IMG/VR virus record: IMGVR_UViG_3300007513_000010 | Reading direction: 5' to 3' (one strand) | DNA length: 64,000 nucleotides | DNA from: a virus | Shown here: positions 17,479-27,641 of the stretch, in pieces | Layout of the letters: every line of letters begins with the position of its first letter | Numbering within the stretch: the stretch's first letter is position 1 | The notes under the pieces: generated by a model | What the model saw: only the letters and a program-made list of their open reading frames with translations | What the model was told of the DNA's origin: nothing | The model's database searches: none | Program-made: the position numbers and the translations under genes

Positions 17479-18155
17479 ACTTGCTAAAAAAAAGCGTTTT
17501 AAATGTTATTTATGAGCCTTTAACTGACGGCCTGATAAACGGAACGGTTCACCCCGTTTTGGCACATACCATGATTGGCTTAAAAAGATTAAACAATATA
17601 CAGTTTTGTTATGAAAATATAATAAAAGACTCAATCCCAGGCGCCCTCATAGAGACAGGCGTCTGGCGCGGCGGCGCAACAATTTTCATGGCAGGTTTAG
17701 TAAAAGCACAAGGCGAAAAAAGAAAAGTATATGTGGCGGATTCTTTTTGCGGTTTGCCAAAGCCCAACGCTGAAAAGTATCCAGCAGATCTCGGAGACAT
17801 GCACTGGACATATCAGGATCTAAATGTTTCTTTAGAGGAAGTAATATCCAATTTCAAATCATACGACTTGTTATCACAAGATATTATCTTTTTGAAGGGC
17901 TGGTTTCAGGACACTATGCCAACTTTGCACGAAGAAACCTTCTCTTTAATCAGGTTGGACGGAGATATGTATGAATCTACTTGGGTCGCTTTGGAAAACT
18001 TATATCCTCGTCTTTCTGCTGGGGGATACCTGATAGTTGATGACTGGCTGTTGCCCGGAGCCCAAAAAGCTGTAGTAGATTATCGAAATAAGTTTGACAT
18101 ACAAGGGGAGATGTGCTATATTGATGGTTCTAGTATTTTTTGGAGAAAAGCTTGA
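17457..18155 (+). CDS. TylF/MycF-family sugar O-methyltransferase (start ATG 17457)
   Basis: TMIG..RL, ETGVWRGG, DSFCGLP, GWFQDT, RLDGDMYEST, and GGYLIVDD; AAGGAG SD. Confidence 0.92.
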   Translation: MENKLYLDLLKKSVLNVIYEPLTDGLINGTVHPVLAHTMIGLKRLNNIQFCYENIIKDSIPGALIETGVWRGGATIFMAGLVKAQGEKRKVYVADSFCGLPKPNAEKYPADLGDMHWTYQDLNVSLEEVISNFKSYDLLSQDIIFLKGWFQDTMPTLHEETFSLIRLDGDMYESTWVALENLYPRLSAGGYLIVDDWLLPGAQKAVVDYRNKFDIQGEMCYIDGSSIFWRKA

Positions 18156-18883
18156 AACTAAAAGATATAACAATATGCCTGCATTGTGGCTGCGATCGCA
18201 GTATCGTTTTTGCTCAGATGGAGGCCTTAGAACCTTTAGAGCAAAAGTATAATATTGCCTGGAATAATCGTATAGACAGATATCCATTTGCCTACCCTAG
18301 TTATTCTCGACTTATAAATCATTCGATAGCAACTTCGCCAACAGAGTTTGTAATTTTAATAAATGATCGGTGCTCTCCTAGTGTAACAGAAGTCGAGAAA
18401 ATAATAGAGCATTTAGAAAACGGATATGCCTGCTCTTTTATGTATAACGTTGGTTTTATGGGTTTTTCAAAGCAGTTAATAAGGAAAATTGGCTGGTGGG
18501 ATGAAAGATTTTTTAATGGTGGCTGGGAAGATAGGGATTGGGTATTTAGAATAAAACAAGCAGACTTGGCCTTATATGAAAGTCAAGAAGGAACTTATGA
18601 CTATTCTTGGAAGTCACCATTACAACAAAACGATAAATGTGCCCTCTCGGAACCCCACTTTAATAAGAAATGGTCTATAGGGTCTGATATGATTTTAAAA
18701 AAAGTTAAAGAAGATACTTATAGTGAATGGGATAAGACCTTAGGCGCCGCACGAAAAGACATAGAAAAAACTTGGCTACCTTGGTCATCTTCTATCTTGG
18801 GTGTAGATTACGACAGGCCAAATTCTGGTCCACCCGGCTCAGCATGGCTCGAAAATAAAAAAATTCAGGAGAACTACAGATGA
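18152..18883 (+). CDS. GT2-like glycosyltransferase
   Basis: IGWWDERF..GGWEDRDW motif; TTG 18152 overlaps the upstream stop and has a GGAG SD. Confidence 0.75.
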   Translation: MKLKDITICLHCGCDRSIVFAQMEALEPLEQKYNIAWNNRIDRYPFAYPSYSRLINHSIATSPTEFVILINDRCSPSVTEVEKIIEHLENGYACSFMYNVGFMGFSKQLIRKIGWWDERFFNGGWEDRDWVFRIKQADLALYESQEGTYDYSWKSPLQQNDKCALSEPHFNKKWSIGSDMILKKVKEDTYSEWDKTLGAARKDIEKTWLPWSSSILGVDYDRPNSGPPGSAWLENKKIQENYR

Positions 18884-19854
18884 AAAAAAAGATATTAATA
18901 ACCGGAGGTCTCGGATTCATAGGAACGCACTGTATAGAAAAGTGGCATTCAGAAGGTTGGGAAATACATGTTATTGATAACCTTTCCACAAACGCTATTG
19001 ATCAATATCACGAGATTGCAAAAAAAGCAGAAAACGTAATAACAAAAGATATACTCGAAACAAAATACACAGAGATGCCAAAGTTTGACATGATACTCCA
19101 TCTTGCCTCCCCAGTTGGCCCAGTTGGAGTCCTAAAACACTCGGGCCAAATGGCAAAAATTATTTTAGAAGATATATATTGGGCTATTGGTGCCGTAAAA
19201 CACAGCAATTGTCCTTTGGTTTTTATATCGACATCTGAGATTTATGGACACAGAGATGGAAAAACTTATTTAAAGGAAGAGGGAGACAAGGTGCTGAGAG
19301 GCGAGTTCACGGTAAGGAACGAGTACTCTATGGCTAAATTACTATCAGAAATTGTTCTAACCAATGTCGGAAAAGTGGATAAAGAATTTAAGTATCAAAT
19401 AATTCGCCCATTTAATGTAACAGGTGAATACCAGCTGCCAAACGGAGGGTTCGTGTTACCAAGGTTTGTACACCAGGCTCTAAAGGGAGATGACATAACG
19501 GTATACTACTCAGGTAGTCAGATCAGAGCGTTTACTTGGGTCAAAGATATTATTCAGGGAATCTTCTTAGCCTCAACCGCAAAAGATGAATTCTGGAACC
19601 AAGAATGGAATGTGGGTAACCCACAAAACGAGCAAACGATATTATATTTAGCGGAAAAAGTAAAAGAACTAACGGCCTCTGATTCACAGATCACTCATGT
19701 TGACCCAACTATTTTACACGGACCTCTTTTTGCTGAAGCTCCGGAGAAAATTCCCGATAGTGAAAAAATAATGAATCTTTTAGGGTGGCAACCTACAAAA
19801 CTTGTGGATGATGTGGTTGAAGAAGTTGTAGATTTTTGGAAAGATAAAGTATGA
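18880..19854 (+). CDS. NAD-dependent nucleotide-sugar epimerase/decarboxylase (extended SDR)
   Basis: ITGGLGFIG, HLASP, STSEIYG, YSMAK, and RPFNV. Confidence 0.88.
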   Translation: MKKKILITGGLGFIGTHCIEKWHSEGWEIHVIDNLSTNAIDQYHEIAKKAENVITKDILETKYTEMPKFDMILHLASPVGPVGVLKHSGQMAKIILEDIYWAIGAVKHSNCPLVFISTSEIYGHRDGKTYLKEEGDKVLRGEFTVRNEYSMAKLLSEIVLTNVGKVDKEFKYQIIRPFNVTGEYQLPNGGFVLPRFVHQALKGDDITVYYSGSQIRAFTWVKDIIQGIFLASTAKDEFWNQEWNVGNPQNEQTILYLAEKVKELTASDSQITHVDPTILHGPLFAEAPEKIPDSEKIMNLLGWQPTKLVDDVVEEVVDFWKDKV

Positions 19855-20846
19855 AGATAGTTTTACACTCATACCAACTGGGTTCTAGAGGTACTGAAAT
19901 TTGTCTTTATAAATATGCCAAATATGCTAGAGAGATTTTAGGTTGGGATCCCATAATCGTATCAACATCTTCAAGACCTACTCCAACTCTGTCTAGATTC
20001 GAAAGAGAGTTTGATGTTCACTTGTATCCAGATGTATGGCAACCAGATGGCAAGAATATTGAAATTGTAAGGTATTTTAATAATTTAATTTCCAAAGAAA
20101 ATGTTGATTTTCTATATGCCATAAAAGGCGGAGAGGACGATGGGATTTTAACAAATTTGGACTGTCCATCAGCCGCACATTGTATATTTAGGATGGACGA
20201 GCCTCACGGAAGTGTATATGCGGGAGTTTGTAAATATATTAGTAAAAAGCACGGACTCTTTCATCCGTGGGTTGACCACATAGTCGACTATGAAAAACTA
20301 AACCCATCAGACAACTATAGGGAGGAACTTGGGATTCCAAAAGATGCACTTGTTGGGTTTCGACACGGAGGAAATGATACATTTAGTTTGGGTTTTGTAC
20401 ACGAAGAAATTGAAAAGTCTTTAAAGGAGAGATCAGATCTTTGGTTTATCTTCTTAAATACCAAGAAATTTATTGATCATTCTAGGGTACTTTTTCTTGA
20501 TTGGACTTCTGATCTGAGTAAGATATTAAAATTTGTTAATACTGGAGACTTTTTTATGCACGCTAGGTATGATGGCGAAATATTCCCATTAACAGTTGCC
20601 GAGGCTTCAACTCAAAATAAACCAGTAGTAACGTGGAACCCGGATGAGCCACCAGCGCATTATGATACGGGCCACATCGATCTTCTTGGACCTGCAGGAA
20701 TATACTATAAGGGGCCCAAAGACTTACATAATATCTTAATAAATTTAGATAGAAGTGATATCATTAAGAAAGAGTGGGACATTTATAAAGACACTTACTC
20801 GCCGGAAAACGTCATGAATCAATTTAGAGAAGTATTCGTAGGATAG
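19851..20846 (+). CDS. GT-B fold glycosyltransferase
   Basis: RGTE, RHGG.DTF, HARYDGEIFPLTVAE (Ex7E-like). Confidence 0.75.
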   Translation: MKIVLHSYQLGSRGTEICLYKYAKYAREILGWDPIIVSTSSRPTPTLSRFEREFDVHLYPDVWQPDGKNIEIVRYFNNLISKENVDFLYAIKGGEDDGILTNLDCPSAAHCIFRMDEPHGSVYAGVCKYISKKHGLFHPWVDHIVDYEKLNPSDNYREELGIPKDALVGFRHGGNDTFSLGFVHEEIEKSLKERSDLWFIFLNTKKFIDHSRVLFLDWTSDLSKILKFVNTGDFFMHARYDGEIFPLTVAEASTQNKPVVTWNPDEPPAHYDTGHIDLLGPAGIYYKGPKDLHNILINLDRSDIIKKEWDIYKDTYSPENVMNQFREVFVG

Positions 20847-20849
20847 GAT

Positions 20850-21818
20850 ATGATTATAGCAAAGTGTCCATTGAGAATTTCTTTAGCAGGGGGCTCCACT
20901 GACCTGGAAGGCTTTTTGGAGCAAAACGATTACGGGGCAGTTGTAAGTTTTCCGTGCAATCTTTACACCTATATTGCTGTTCATAATGATGTTTTCGGGT
21001 TTAACAGGAGTTCCAATAAATATATCATCAATTATACGACAAGAGAAGAGGTGGGGAAAGTCTGCGAAATACAAAATGATGTCGCCCGAGAAGTGCTACA
21101 ACATTTTGCAGCGCCACCGGTTACTTGCACCTTTACAGGAGATGTTTTCTCTAGAGGTTCGGGATTGGCTTCGTCCTCTTCTTACACAATCGCTTTCATT
21201 AAGGCAATCTCAATGATAAAGGAGATGAACTTATCAGCACATGAGATGTGTAAACTTTCACTTCAGCTAGAGAGAAGTTTTAATCCACTTACGGGACACC
21301 AGGACCCGTACGGCTGTGGGTTAGGTGCTTTAAAGAAAATGATATTTAAAAAAGACACTGATCCGTCGATCAGTTTTTTGCCTAAAGAAATTTTTGAGTC
21401 AATGGACATGTTCCTTATTCACACCGGCGTAACCAGAAGATCCACTGATGTTCTGAAGACTTTTGATGAGGGTCCCCAAGACAACAGGCGCCTCTTATTA
21501 AGTTTGGTTGATGAGATGGAAGAAAATATTAAATCCAAAGACATGGTTTCGTTTTGTAAAACGATAAATGAGGGCTGGGAAGTAAAAAAGAAGATTTCTA
21601 GAGTTATTACTGAAAACTTGTTTCTCAAAAATATAGAAGATTCGTTGCAAAATGAAGATAGAATTTTGGCTCATCGTTTATGTGGAGCCGGCAACGGCGG
21701 GTATTTTTTGGTTTTTATGGACAGGGACAAACAAAATGAAAATTTCTTAACAAGCATTTATTCGAATGTTATTCCGATACAAATAGTAGACACCGGTGTC
21801 GAGGGTCACACTGTATGA
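20850..21818 (+). CDS. hddA: GHMP kinase, D-glycero-alpha-D-manno-heptose-7-phosphate kinase-like
   Basis: PLRISLAGGSTD, GSGLASSS, GHQD, and GAGNGG. Confidence 0.85.
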   Translation: MIIAKCPLRISLAGGSTDLEGFLEQNDYGAVVSFPCNLYTYIAVHNDVFGFNRSSNKYIINYTTREEVGKVCEIQNDVAREVLQHFAAPPVTCTFTGDVFSRGSGLASSSSYTIAFIKAISMIKEMNLSAHEMCKLSLQLERSFNPLTGHQDPYGCGLGALKKMIFKKDTDPSISFLPKEIFESMDMFLIHTGVTRRSTDVLKTFDEGPQDNRRLLLSLVDEMEENIKSKDMVSFCKTINEGWEVKKKISRVITENLFLKNIEDSLQNEDRILAHRLCGAGNGGYFLVFMDRDKQNENFLTSIYSNVIPIQIVDTGVEGHTV

Positions 21819-22315
21819 ATATTTCAAATTTTATAGAGTCTTTGGAAAAAATAGACAAACACAAGATATTGGCGTTAAAGAAAATAATACTAGACTATGA
21901 AGATATTATAATTCTTGGAAATGGCGGAAGCAACAGTATTGCGTCCCACATTTCGCAAGACTACACGAAACAATTGGGAAAAAGGGCCATTTCGTTTTCT
22001 GACCCATCAAGACTTACCTGTTATATAAACGATTACGGCATGGAACATGCATATAGCCAATTCTTAAAAGATTTTAAAACAGAAAAAACATTAGTAATTT
22101 TAATCTCTTCATCTGGGGAAAGTGAAAATATCTTTAAAGCAGCAACATTTTGTAGAGATACAGAAATTTCTTTTATTATATTGACAGGGTTTGATCCAAG
22201 AAACAGGCTAAGAGAATTTAGAGCAGAAGATTCCGAGTTAGAATTTTGGGTAGATTCAGACGATTATGGTATTGTTGAGTGCACCCATCAAGCAATTTTA
22301 CATACGGCGGTGTGA
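21815..22315 (+). CDS. gmhA: SIS-domain phosphoheptose isomerase
   Basis: GNGGS..ASH, NDYG, ISSSGES.N, LTGF, and YGIVE..H. Confidence 0.85.
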   Translation: MNISNFIESLEKIDKHKILALKKIILDYEDIIILGNGGSNSIASHISQDYTKQLGKRAISFSDPSRLTCYINDYGMEHAYSQFLKDFKTEKTLVILISSSGESENIFKAATFCRDTEISFIILTGFDPRNRLREFRAEDSELEFWVDSDDYGIVECTHQAILHTAV

Positions 22316-23032
22316 ATGATATACTGTTTTGACATAGATGGGACCATTTGTTCTTTGAGGGAGGACGGTAATTATCTTGAAGCAGAATTGTTTGTAGATG
22401 TTGCCTTGAGCATTAACAACTTATATTTAGAGGGTCATACGATCATAATAATGACAGCTAGGGGCTCGGTTTCTGGTAAGGATTGGGCGGCGGAGACCAC
22501 AAATCAACTCAAAGAGTGGGGAATTCAATATCACGAACTAATAATGAACAAGAAGCCCCATGCAGATATTTTTGTTGATGACAAAGCAATAAACATAAAT
22601 GATTACAGATCCTTGATAAGAAACAAAAGAGAAAGTGCCTTTGTCGCTGGCAGTTTTGATGTGATTCACCCCGGTTATATACAGGTGTTCAAAAGAGCCA
22701 AAGAGGTGGGCAAGCATTTGGTGGTTGGGCTCCACAAGGACCCATCTCAAGAAAATCCAAATAAGATTAAACCAATTTTGTCTCTTGAGGAAAGAATAGA
22801 AATTCTTGAATCAATAAAATATGTTGATGAGATTCATGTTTATGAGACCGAAGCAGAATTACTGGATTATTTAAAGAATAACAAAATATGTGTTAGAATG
22901 TTAGGAGATGATTATAGAGAGAAGGAAAAATACACAGGAAGGGGTTTAGATATACCTATTTGTTATGTTGATCGTTCGCACGGCTGGTCTACTACAAAAT
23001 TTAAAAATATGATAAAGGATAGTTTAAAATGA
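22316..23032 (+). CDS. Fusion of HAD phosphatase and cytidylyltransferase-family nucleotidyltransferase
   Basis: N-part has FDIDGT, TARG, KP and VDDK; C-part has AGSFDVIHPGY, YVDE, GDDY and RSHGWSTT. Confidence 0.85.
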   Translation: MIYCFDIDGTICSLREDGNYLEAELFVDVALSINNLYLEGHTIIIMTARGSVSGKDWAAETTNQLKEWGIQYHELIMNKKPHADIFVDDKAININDYRSLIRNKRESAFVAGSFDVIHPGYIQVFKRAKEVGKHLVVGLHKDPSQENPNKIKPILSLEERIEILESIKYVDEIHVYETEAELLDYLKNNKICVRMLGDDYREKEKYTGRGLDIPICYVDRSHGWSTTKFKNMIKDSLK

Positions 23033-23943
23033 AATGTATAGTTACAGGGGGGAATGGATTTATAGGAAGTCATTTAGTTGACAAACTTATAAAAGAAGGG
23101 AACAATGTAACAGTAATAGACAATCTCTCTGCAGAGTGCAATGAAGAGTTCTATTTTAATGAGAAGGCCGAGAATCACAAGCTAGACATCTGTGATTACG
23201 AATCAATAGAGCCGCTGTTCCACAGTGCCGACTGCGTGTTTCACTTAGCTGCAGAATCAAGAATACAGCCAGCCATACTGAACCCTGCTCTAGCAGCTAG
23301 AGTGAACGTCGTCGGCACCACCAATGTTTTGCAAGCTTCACGAGCCAACAATGTTAAGAGGGTGATTTATTCCGGCACTAGTTCTGGCTATGGCCTTAAA
23401 AATAAGCCGCCACTTAAGGAGACCATGCCAAATGATTGCTTGAATCCTTATTCTGTAACCAAGTGTGCCGGTGAGCAGATGTGTGAAATGTATACTAATC
23501 TATTTGGATTGGAGACGGTGATTTTAAGATACTTTAATGTATACGGAGAAAGGAGCCCTCTTAAGGGGCATTACGCTCCTGTTGTGGGGCTGTTTTTAAA
23601 GCAACATTTTTCTGGCAAAAGCATGACAATTGTTGGTACCGGGGAACAAAGAAGAGATTTTACCCACGTCCGAGATGTTGTGGAGGCAAACTTGCTTGCT
23701 GCATGTTCTCCATCCCCCGGGGTAGTGGGAGAAGTCTTTAATGTTGGTAGCGGCGAAAATATATCAATACTGGATATCGCAAAACATATTAGCAATAAAT
23801 ATGAGTTTATTCCACCGCGCCCGGGCGAAGCAGAAGAAACGTTGGCAGATATTACAAAAATAAGAGACTTTCTCGGATGGTCACCGTCGATAGATGTCCT
23901 AGACTGGATTTCAGAAGTTTTAAAAGGAAATGAAAATTATTAA
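23029..23943 (+). CDS. NAD-dependent nucleotide-sugar epimerase/dehydratase
   Basis: VTGGNGFIGSH, FHLAA, PYSVTK, LRYFNVYG, and RDFTHV. Confidence 0.9.
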   Translation: MKCIVTGGNGFIGSHLVDKLIKEGNNVTVIDNLSAECNEEFYFNEKAENHKLDICDYESIEPLFHSADCVFHLAAESRIQPAILNPALAARVNVVGTTNVLQASRANNVKRVIYSGTSSGYGLKNKPPLKETMPNDCLNPYSVTKCAGEQMCEMYTNLFGLETVILRYFNVYGERSPLKGHYAPVVGLFLKQHFSGKSMTIVGTGEQRRDFTHVRDVVEANLLAACSPSPGVVGEVFNVGSGENISILDIAKHISNKYEFIPPRPGEAEETLADITKIRDFLGWSPSIDVLDWISEVLKGNENY

Positions 23944-24874
23944 AAGGCCAAATATTTTAATTACAGGCGCCTCCGGCATGGTTGGGTCTGCTTTTTATAA
24001 GAGCAGTAGACATATGGAGTTTATTTTTGTTGAATCTAAAGAGTGTGATCTATCGGATTATGATCAAACAATCTCTTTGTTTGCCTTTCATCGCCCTGAT
24101 ATTGTGATTCATTTGGCTGCAAAGGTCGGTGGCCTGATTGCAAACATGGAAAATATGGGAGAATTTTATTTAAAAAACATTCAAATAAACACAAACGTTC
24201 TCGAAGCAGCAAAGCAATTTCATGTCGCGAAGGTGGTCTCTCTTTTGAGTACGTGTGTATATCCAGCAGAAGCTTCCTATCCTTTAACGGAAGACCAGAT
24301 TCATTCCGGCCCACCTCATGAATCTAATTTTGCTTATGCCTATGCTAAAAGAATGCTGGACATTCAATCCAGAGCATATCGAAAACAGTATGGGTGTAAC
24401 TTTATCACAGCTGTTCCAAACAATCTATATGGTAAACACGATAATTTTGATTTAGAAAACTCTCATGTAATTCCTGCCATGATAAGAAAGATATATATGG
24501 CTCGCGAGGACAAGAGAGATGTGGTTTTGTGGGGCAGCGGATCTCCAGTGAGAGAGTTTACTTACGCTCAAGACTTGGTGGATATTGTGTTGTTTTTGGT
24601 GGATCATTATTCGGACCCAGAGCCAATCAACGTTGGAAACACAAAAGAATACAGCATTAAGAGCTTAGCTGAAATTATCGCCAAAAAATTAAACTTTAAA
24701 GGAAATATTATTTGGGATACCGAAAAACCCGATGGTCAGAAAAGAAAACCCTCTGATAATTCTAAACTCATATCTTTGGGGTGGAGAGAGGAAAATTATA
24801 CTTCTTTGGAGCAGGGTTTGGATTCGACCATTGAGTGGTTTGAGTCTATTTATCCCATGGTAAGAGGACTATGA
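23930..24874 (+). CDS. fcl: GDP-L-fucose synthase
   Basis: [39 protein letters not shown], and [10 protein letters not shown]. Confidence 0.93.
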   Translation: MKIIKRPNILITGASGMVGSAFYKSSRHMEFIFVESKECDLSDYDQTISLFAFHRPDIVIHLAAKVGGLIANMENMGEFYLKNIQINTNVLEAAKQFHVAKVVSLLSTCVYPAEASYPLTEDQIHSGPPHESNFAYAYAKRMLDIQSRAYRKQYGCNFITAVPNNLYGKHDNFDLENSHVIPAMIRKIYMAREDKRDVVLWGSGSPVREFTYAQDLVDIVLFLVDHYSDPEPINVGNTKEYSIKSLAEIIAKKLNFKGNIIWDTEKPDGQKRKPSDNSKLISLGWREENYTSLEQGLDSTIEWFESIYPMVRGL

Positions 24875-25869
24875 ACGAAAACAGGAAACTCGCCATCATA
24901 ACTGGTGTGACCGGACAGGATGGAAGCTATTTGGCTGAACTCTTGTTAAAAAAGAAATATAAGGTTATAGGCCTAAAAAGAAGATCCTCTCTCATCAATT
25001 CTGATAGGGTTGACCACATATATGGCCATCCAAGGTTTTATATGGAATATTATGATCTAAATGATGCAGGAAGCATATGGAAGATAATACACAAATATAA
25101 GCCAGATGAATTTTATAATTTAGCAGCACAATCTCATGTTAGGGTTTCTTTTGACATTCCGGAACATACCGTCGATGGTATTGCGATGGGCACCTTAAGG
25201 ATTTTAAACGCAATAAAAGAACTCTCGCCTAAATGTAGATTTTATCAGGCGTCTTCATCAGAGATGTATGGAGACTGTAAAACGTTTCCACAAGATGAAA
25301 AAACAAAATTCAACCCTGCTTCGCCATATGCCTGTGCTAAGTTGTTTGCTCACAATTTAGTTAACAACTATAGAGAAAGCTATGGGCTGCATGCCTCTTC
25401 TGGCATATTGTTTAATCACGAGTCGCCCCGACGCGGGGAAACTTTTGTAACTAGAAAAATAACTTTGGCGGCAGCTAATATAAAATTAGGGCTGCAAAAA
25501 AAGATTCATCTAGGAAATCTAGAAGCAAAAAGAGATTGGGGATTTGCAGGTGACTATGTAGAGGCGATGTGGCTCATGTTGCAGCATCCTGTTGCTAGCG
25601 ATTACGTTATCGCAACCGGCGAGACACATACGGTAAGAGAGTTTCTGGATTGTGTTTTTGATATAGCGGGCCTTGGACCTGCAGAGCAGTATGTGGAAAT
25701 TGATCAGAGACTTTTCCGTCCCCAAGAAGTTCCAATATTGCTCGGCGACCCGTCAAAGGCAAAACAAGTGCTTGGCTGGGAGCCGAAACACAAATTTAAA
25801 GATTTAGCAGAATTGATGTATAGGAGTGATTTTGATTTATTGTCAAAGAACAAAAGGAGTGTAAAATGA
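24871..25869 (+). CDS. gmd: GDP-mannose 4,6-dehydratase
   Basis: [36 protein letters not shown], and [17 protein letters not shown]. Confidence 0.97.
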   Translation: MNENRKLAIITGVTGQDGSYLAELLLKKKYKVIGLKRRSSLINSDRVDHIYGHPRFYMEYYDLNDAGSIWKIIHKYKPDEFYNLAAQSHVRVSFDIPEHTVDGIAMGTLRILNAIKELSPKCRFYQASSSEMYGDCKTFPQDEKTKFNPASPYACAKLFAHNLVNNYRESYGLHASSGILFNHESPRRGETFVTRKITLAAANIKLGLQKKIHLGNLEAKRDWGFAGDYVEAMWLMLQHPVASDYVIATGETHTVREFLDCVFDIAGLGPAEQYVEIDQRLFRPQEVPILLGDPSKAKQVLGWEPKHKFKDLAELMYRSDFDLLSKNKRSVK

Positions 25870-26090
25870 AATTATCAAATCAAGCAATGGGGGCCTTGAT
25901 GATGGCCCTGCAAAAGTCTCTATTAGAGCAATCAGATATAGTACCAGTGTTGAAGGGATTTAACTTTAATATCACTGAAAACGAGGAATTGGAAGTTACA
26001 AACCCGCCACAGTTTAAACTCGATCATGCCACACCATTGGTGAATTATGACGTTGAGGCAGAGAATAACAAAACAGTGGGTAGTGATTAA
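25866..26090 (+). CDS. Hypothetical protein
   Basis: 74-aa ORF with an AGGAG SD, overlapping the gmd stop. Confidence 0.7.
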   Translation: MKLSNQAMGALMMALQKSLLEQSDIVPVLKGFNFNITENEELEVTNPPQFKLDHATPLVNYDVEAENNKTVGSD

Positions 26091-26341
26091 TGCCCATATA
26101 TTCTTATCGCTGTGACCATTGTAAAGAGATGTTCGATGTTAGACATGGTATGTTTTTTGTACAAGATCGATGCATAAAATGTCATACAAGCGGTTTCTTA
26201 GAAAAGATACCAAGCATTTCTTTTAAGCCCTCTTCGGAAGAGACTAAAAAGAAGGTAGGCACAGAAGTTAAGAGATTCATCGAACAAACAAGAGACGATA
26301 TTGCAAAAGAAAAAGAAAGGTTAAAGAAGGAGCAAATATGA
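26090..26341 (+). CDS. FmdB-family zinc-ribbon protein
   Basis: [11 protein letters not shown]...F...CIKC. Confidence 0.85.
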   Translation: MPIYSYRCDHCKEMFDVRHGMFFVQDRCIKCHTSGFLEKIPSISFKPSSEETKKKVGTEVKRFIEQTRDDIAKEKERLKKEQI

Positions 26342-26670
26342 TATCAATAATTATCATATCTTTGTTGACTCTTGCAAATATATATATGTTTGTTTATGTT
26401 AGGTGGCTTCTGAGAGAAATAGCAACAGCACAGGAGCATTCAGACGATATTTGGATGATGATAGGGGAATATGTGACCCACGTGAAATCAATCCATGGTC
26501 TAGAAATGTATTATGGTGATAATCATTTACAGAATTTGATACTACACGGAAACGAGATAATGGAAAAAATAGAAAAATTTGATTCGATTTTAAAAGAAGA
26601 GGAGGAAGAGGGCCTTGAAACAGGTGAGGAAAAAGAGGAAAAAGAACAACTATTTCACAAAGATCCATGA
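26338..26670 (+). CDS. Hypothetical membrane-anchored protein
   Basis: Hydrophobic N-terminal helix, acidic tail, AAGGAG SD. Confidence 0.65.
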   Translation: MISIIIISLLTLANIYMFVYVRWLLREIATAQEHSDDIWMMIGEYVTHVKSIHGLEMYYGDNHLQNLILHGNEIMEKIEKFDSILKEEEEEGLETGEEKEEKEQLFHKDP

Positions 26671-27316
26671 AGATGCCATAGTAAGATATTCAAATTCTGA
26701 ATGTATCAAAGAGAGAACCGGACTATACATAGAGTATATCGCCCCAGCTCTTGATGAAATGGTTAACAAGATTATCTTTACTTATAAGTTTAATAACTTG
26801 CCGAATATAGATCCGCTGAGAGATGAGTGCAAAGTTTGGTTAACCACTATTTTAGACAAATATGATCCAAACAAGGGAAGTAAGGCTTTCTCCTACTTCT
26901 CTGTTGTGACAAAAAATTGGTTTATTCACAAGGTAAAAAAGAATGCCACCAAAGCAAGAAAAGAGGTTTCGTTTGAAAATTTGGTGGAAAATGGCGGAGC
27001 AGACATTTTAGGAACTTCTGACAAGAAAGAAGATTATTTTGAAAAAAGACAGACACAAGAATTTTGGCTTTTATTGTTACAAAATTTAGATAGGTGGGAT
27101 AGTATAAATTTAAAAGAAAATGAAAAAAAAGTTCTTCAAGCTGTGAAGATTTTGATGACAAGTGTTGATGATTTAGAGATTTTGAATAAAAAAGCAGTAT
27201 ATCTATACTTGAGAGAAATAACAGGCTTGAACACAAAACAAGTTGTTAGCAATCTTAATAAAATTAGAGAAAAATATAGAATCTTTAAGACTAAATGGGA
27301 CACTGGGCAGATATAA
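26615..27316 (+). CDS. Phage sigma factor for late transcription (T4 gp55-like)
   Basis: Region-2-like KYDPNKGSKAFSYFSVVTKNWFI; N-terminal KKNNYFT; sits just before the structural genes. Confidence 0.75.
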   Translation: MKQVRKKRKKNNYFTKIHEDAIVRYSNSECIKERTGLYIEYIAPALDEMVNKIIFTYKFNNLPNIDPLRDECKVWLTTILDKYDPNKGSKAFSYFSVVTKNWFIHKVKKNATKARKEVSFENLVENGGADILGTSDKKEDYFEKRQTQEFWLLLLQNLDRWDSINLKENEKKVLQAVKILMTSVDDLEILNKKAVYLYLREITGLNTKQVVSNLNKIREKYRIFKTKWDTGQI

Positions 27317-27330
27317 ACTTCTTCGTTGAT

Positions 27331-27337
27331 CTATTTA
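27331..27337 (+). promoter_or_regulatory. Putative late promoter motif CTATTTA
   Basis: Intergenic, 7 nt before ATG 27345, at the head of the structural block. Confidence 0.65.
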
Positions 27338-27344
27338 TAGTGTT

Positions 27345-27641
27345 ATGAAAAAGATAAAAGAATTTATTGAACAGGCAACAACTAATGTGACCGAAGACCG
27401 GGCTGCAACCAAGGTACTTCTCATGAGTCTAATGAAGTATATGCAAACTGGTGCTGACAGACACAAAGAGGTGGGCCTGATCGCAGCAAAGTATTTGGAA
27501 ACCCTGCAGAGATCAAACGAGCAGTTGGTCAAAATTGCAGGAATAATCCAAAAGAGAGAATCGAAAACAGAGTCAATTTCAGAAAGCGAGGTTGAAGAGC
27601 TATTTGATTTGATTAATGAACCAGAGGAGGAGGAAGAGTGA
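27345..27641 (+). CDS. Hypothetical helical protein
   Basis: 98-aa ORF after the late motif. Confidence 0.7.
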   Translation: MKKIKEFIEQATTNVTEDRAATKVLLMSLMKYMQTGADRHKEVGLIAAKYLETLQRSNEQLVKIAGIIQKRESKTESISESEVEELFDLINEPEEEEE

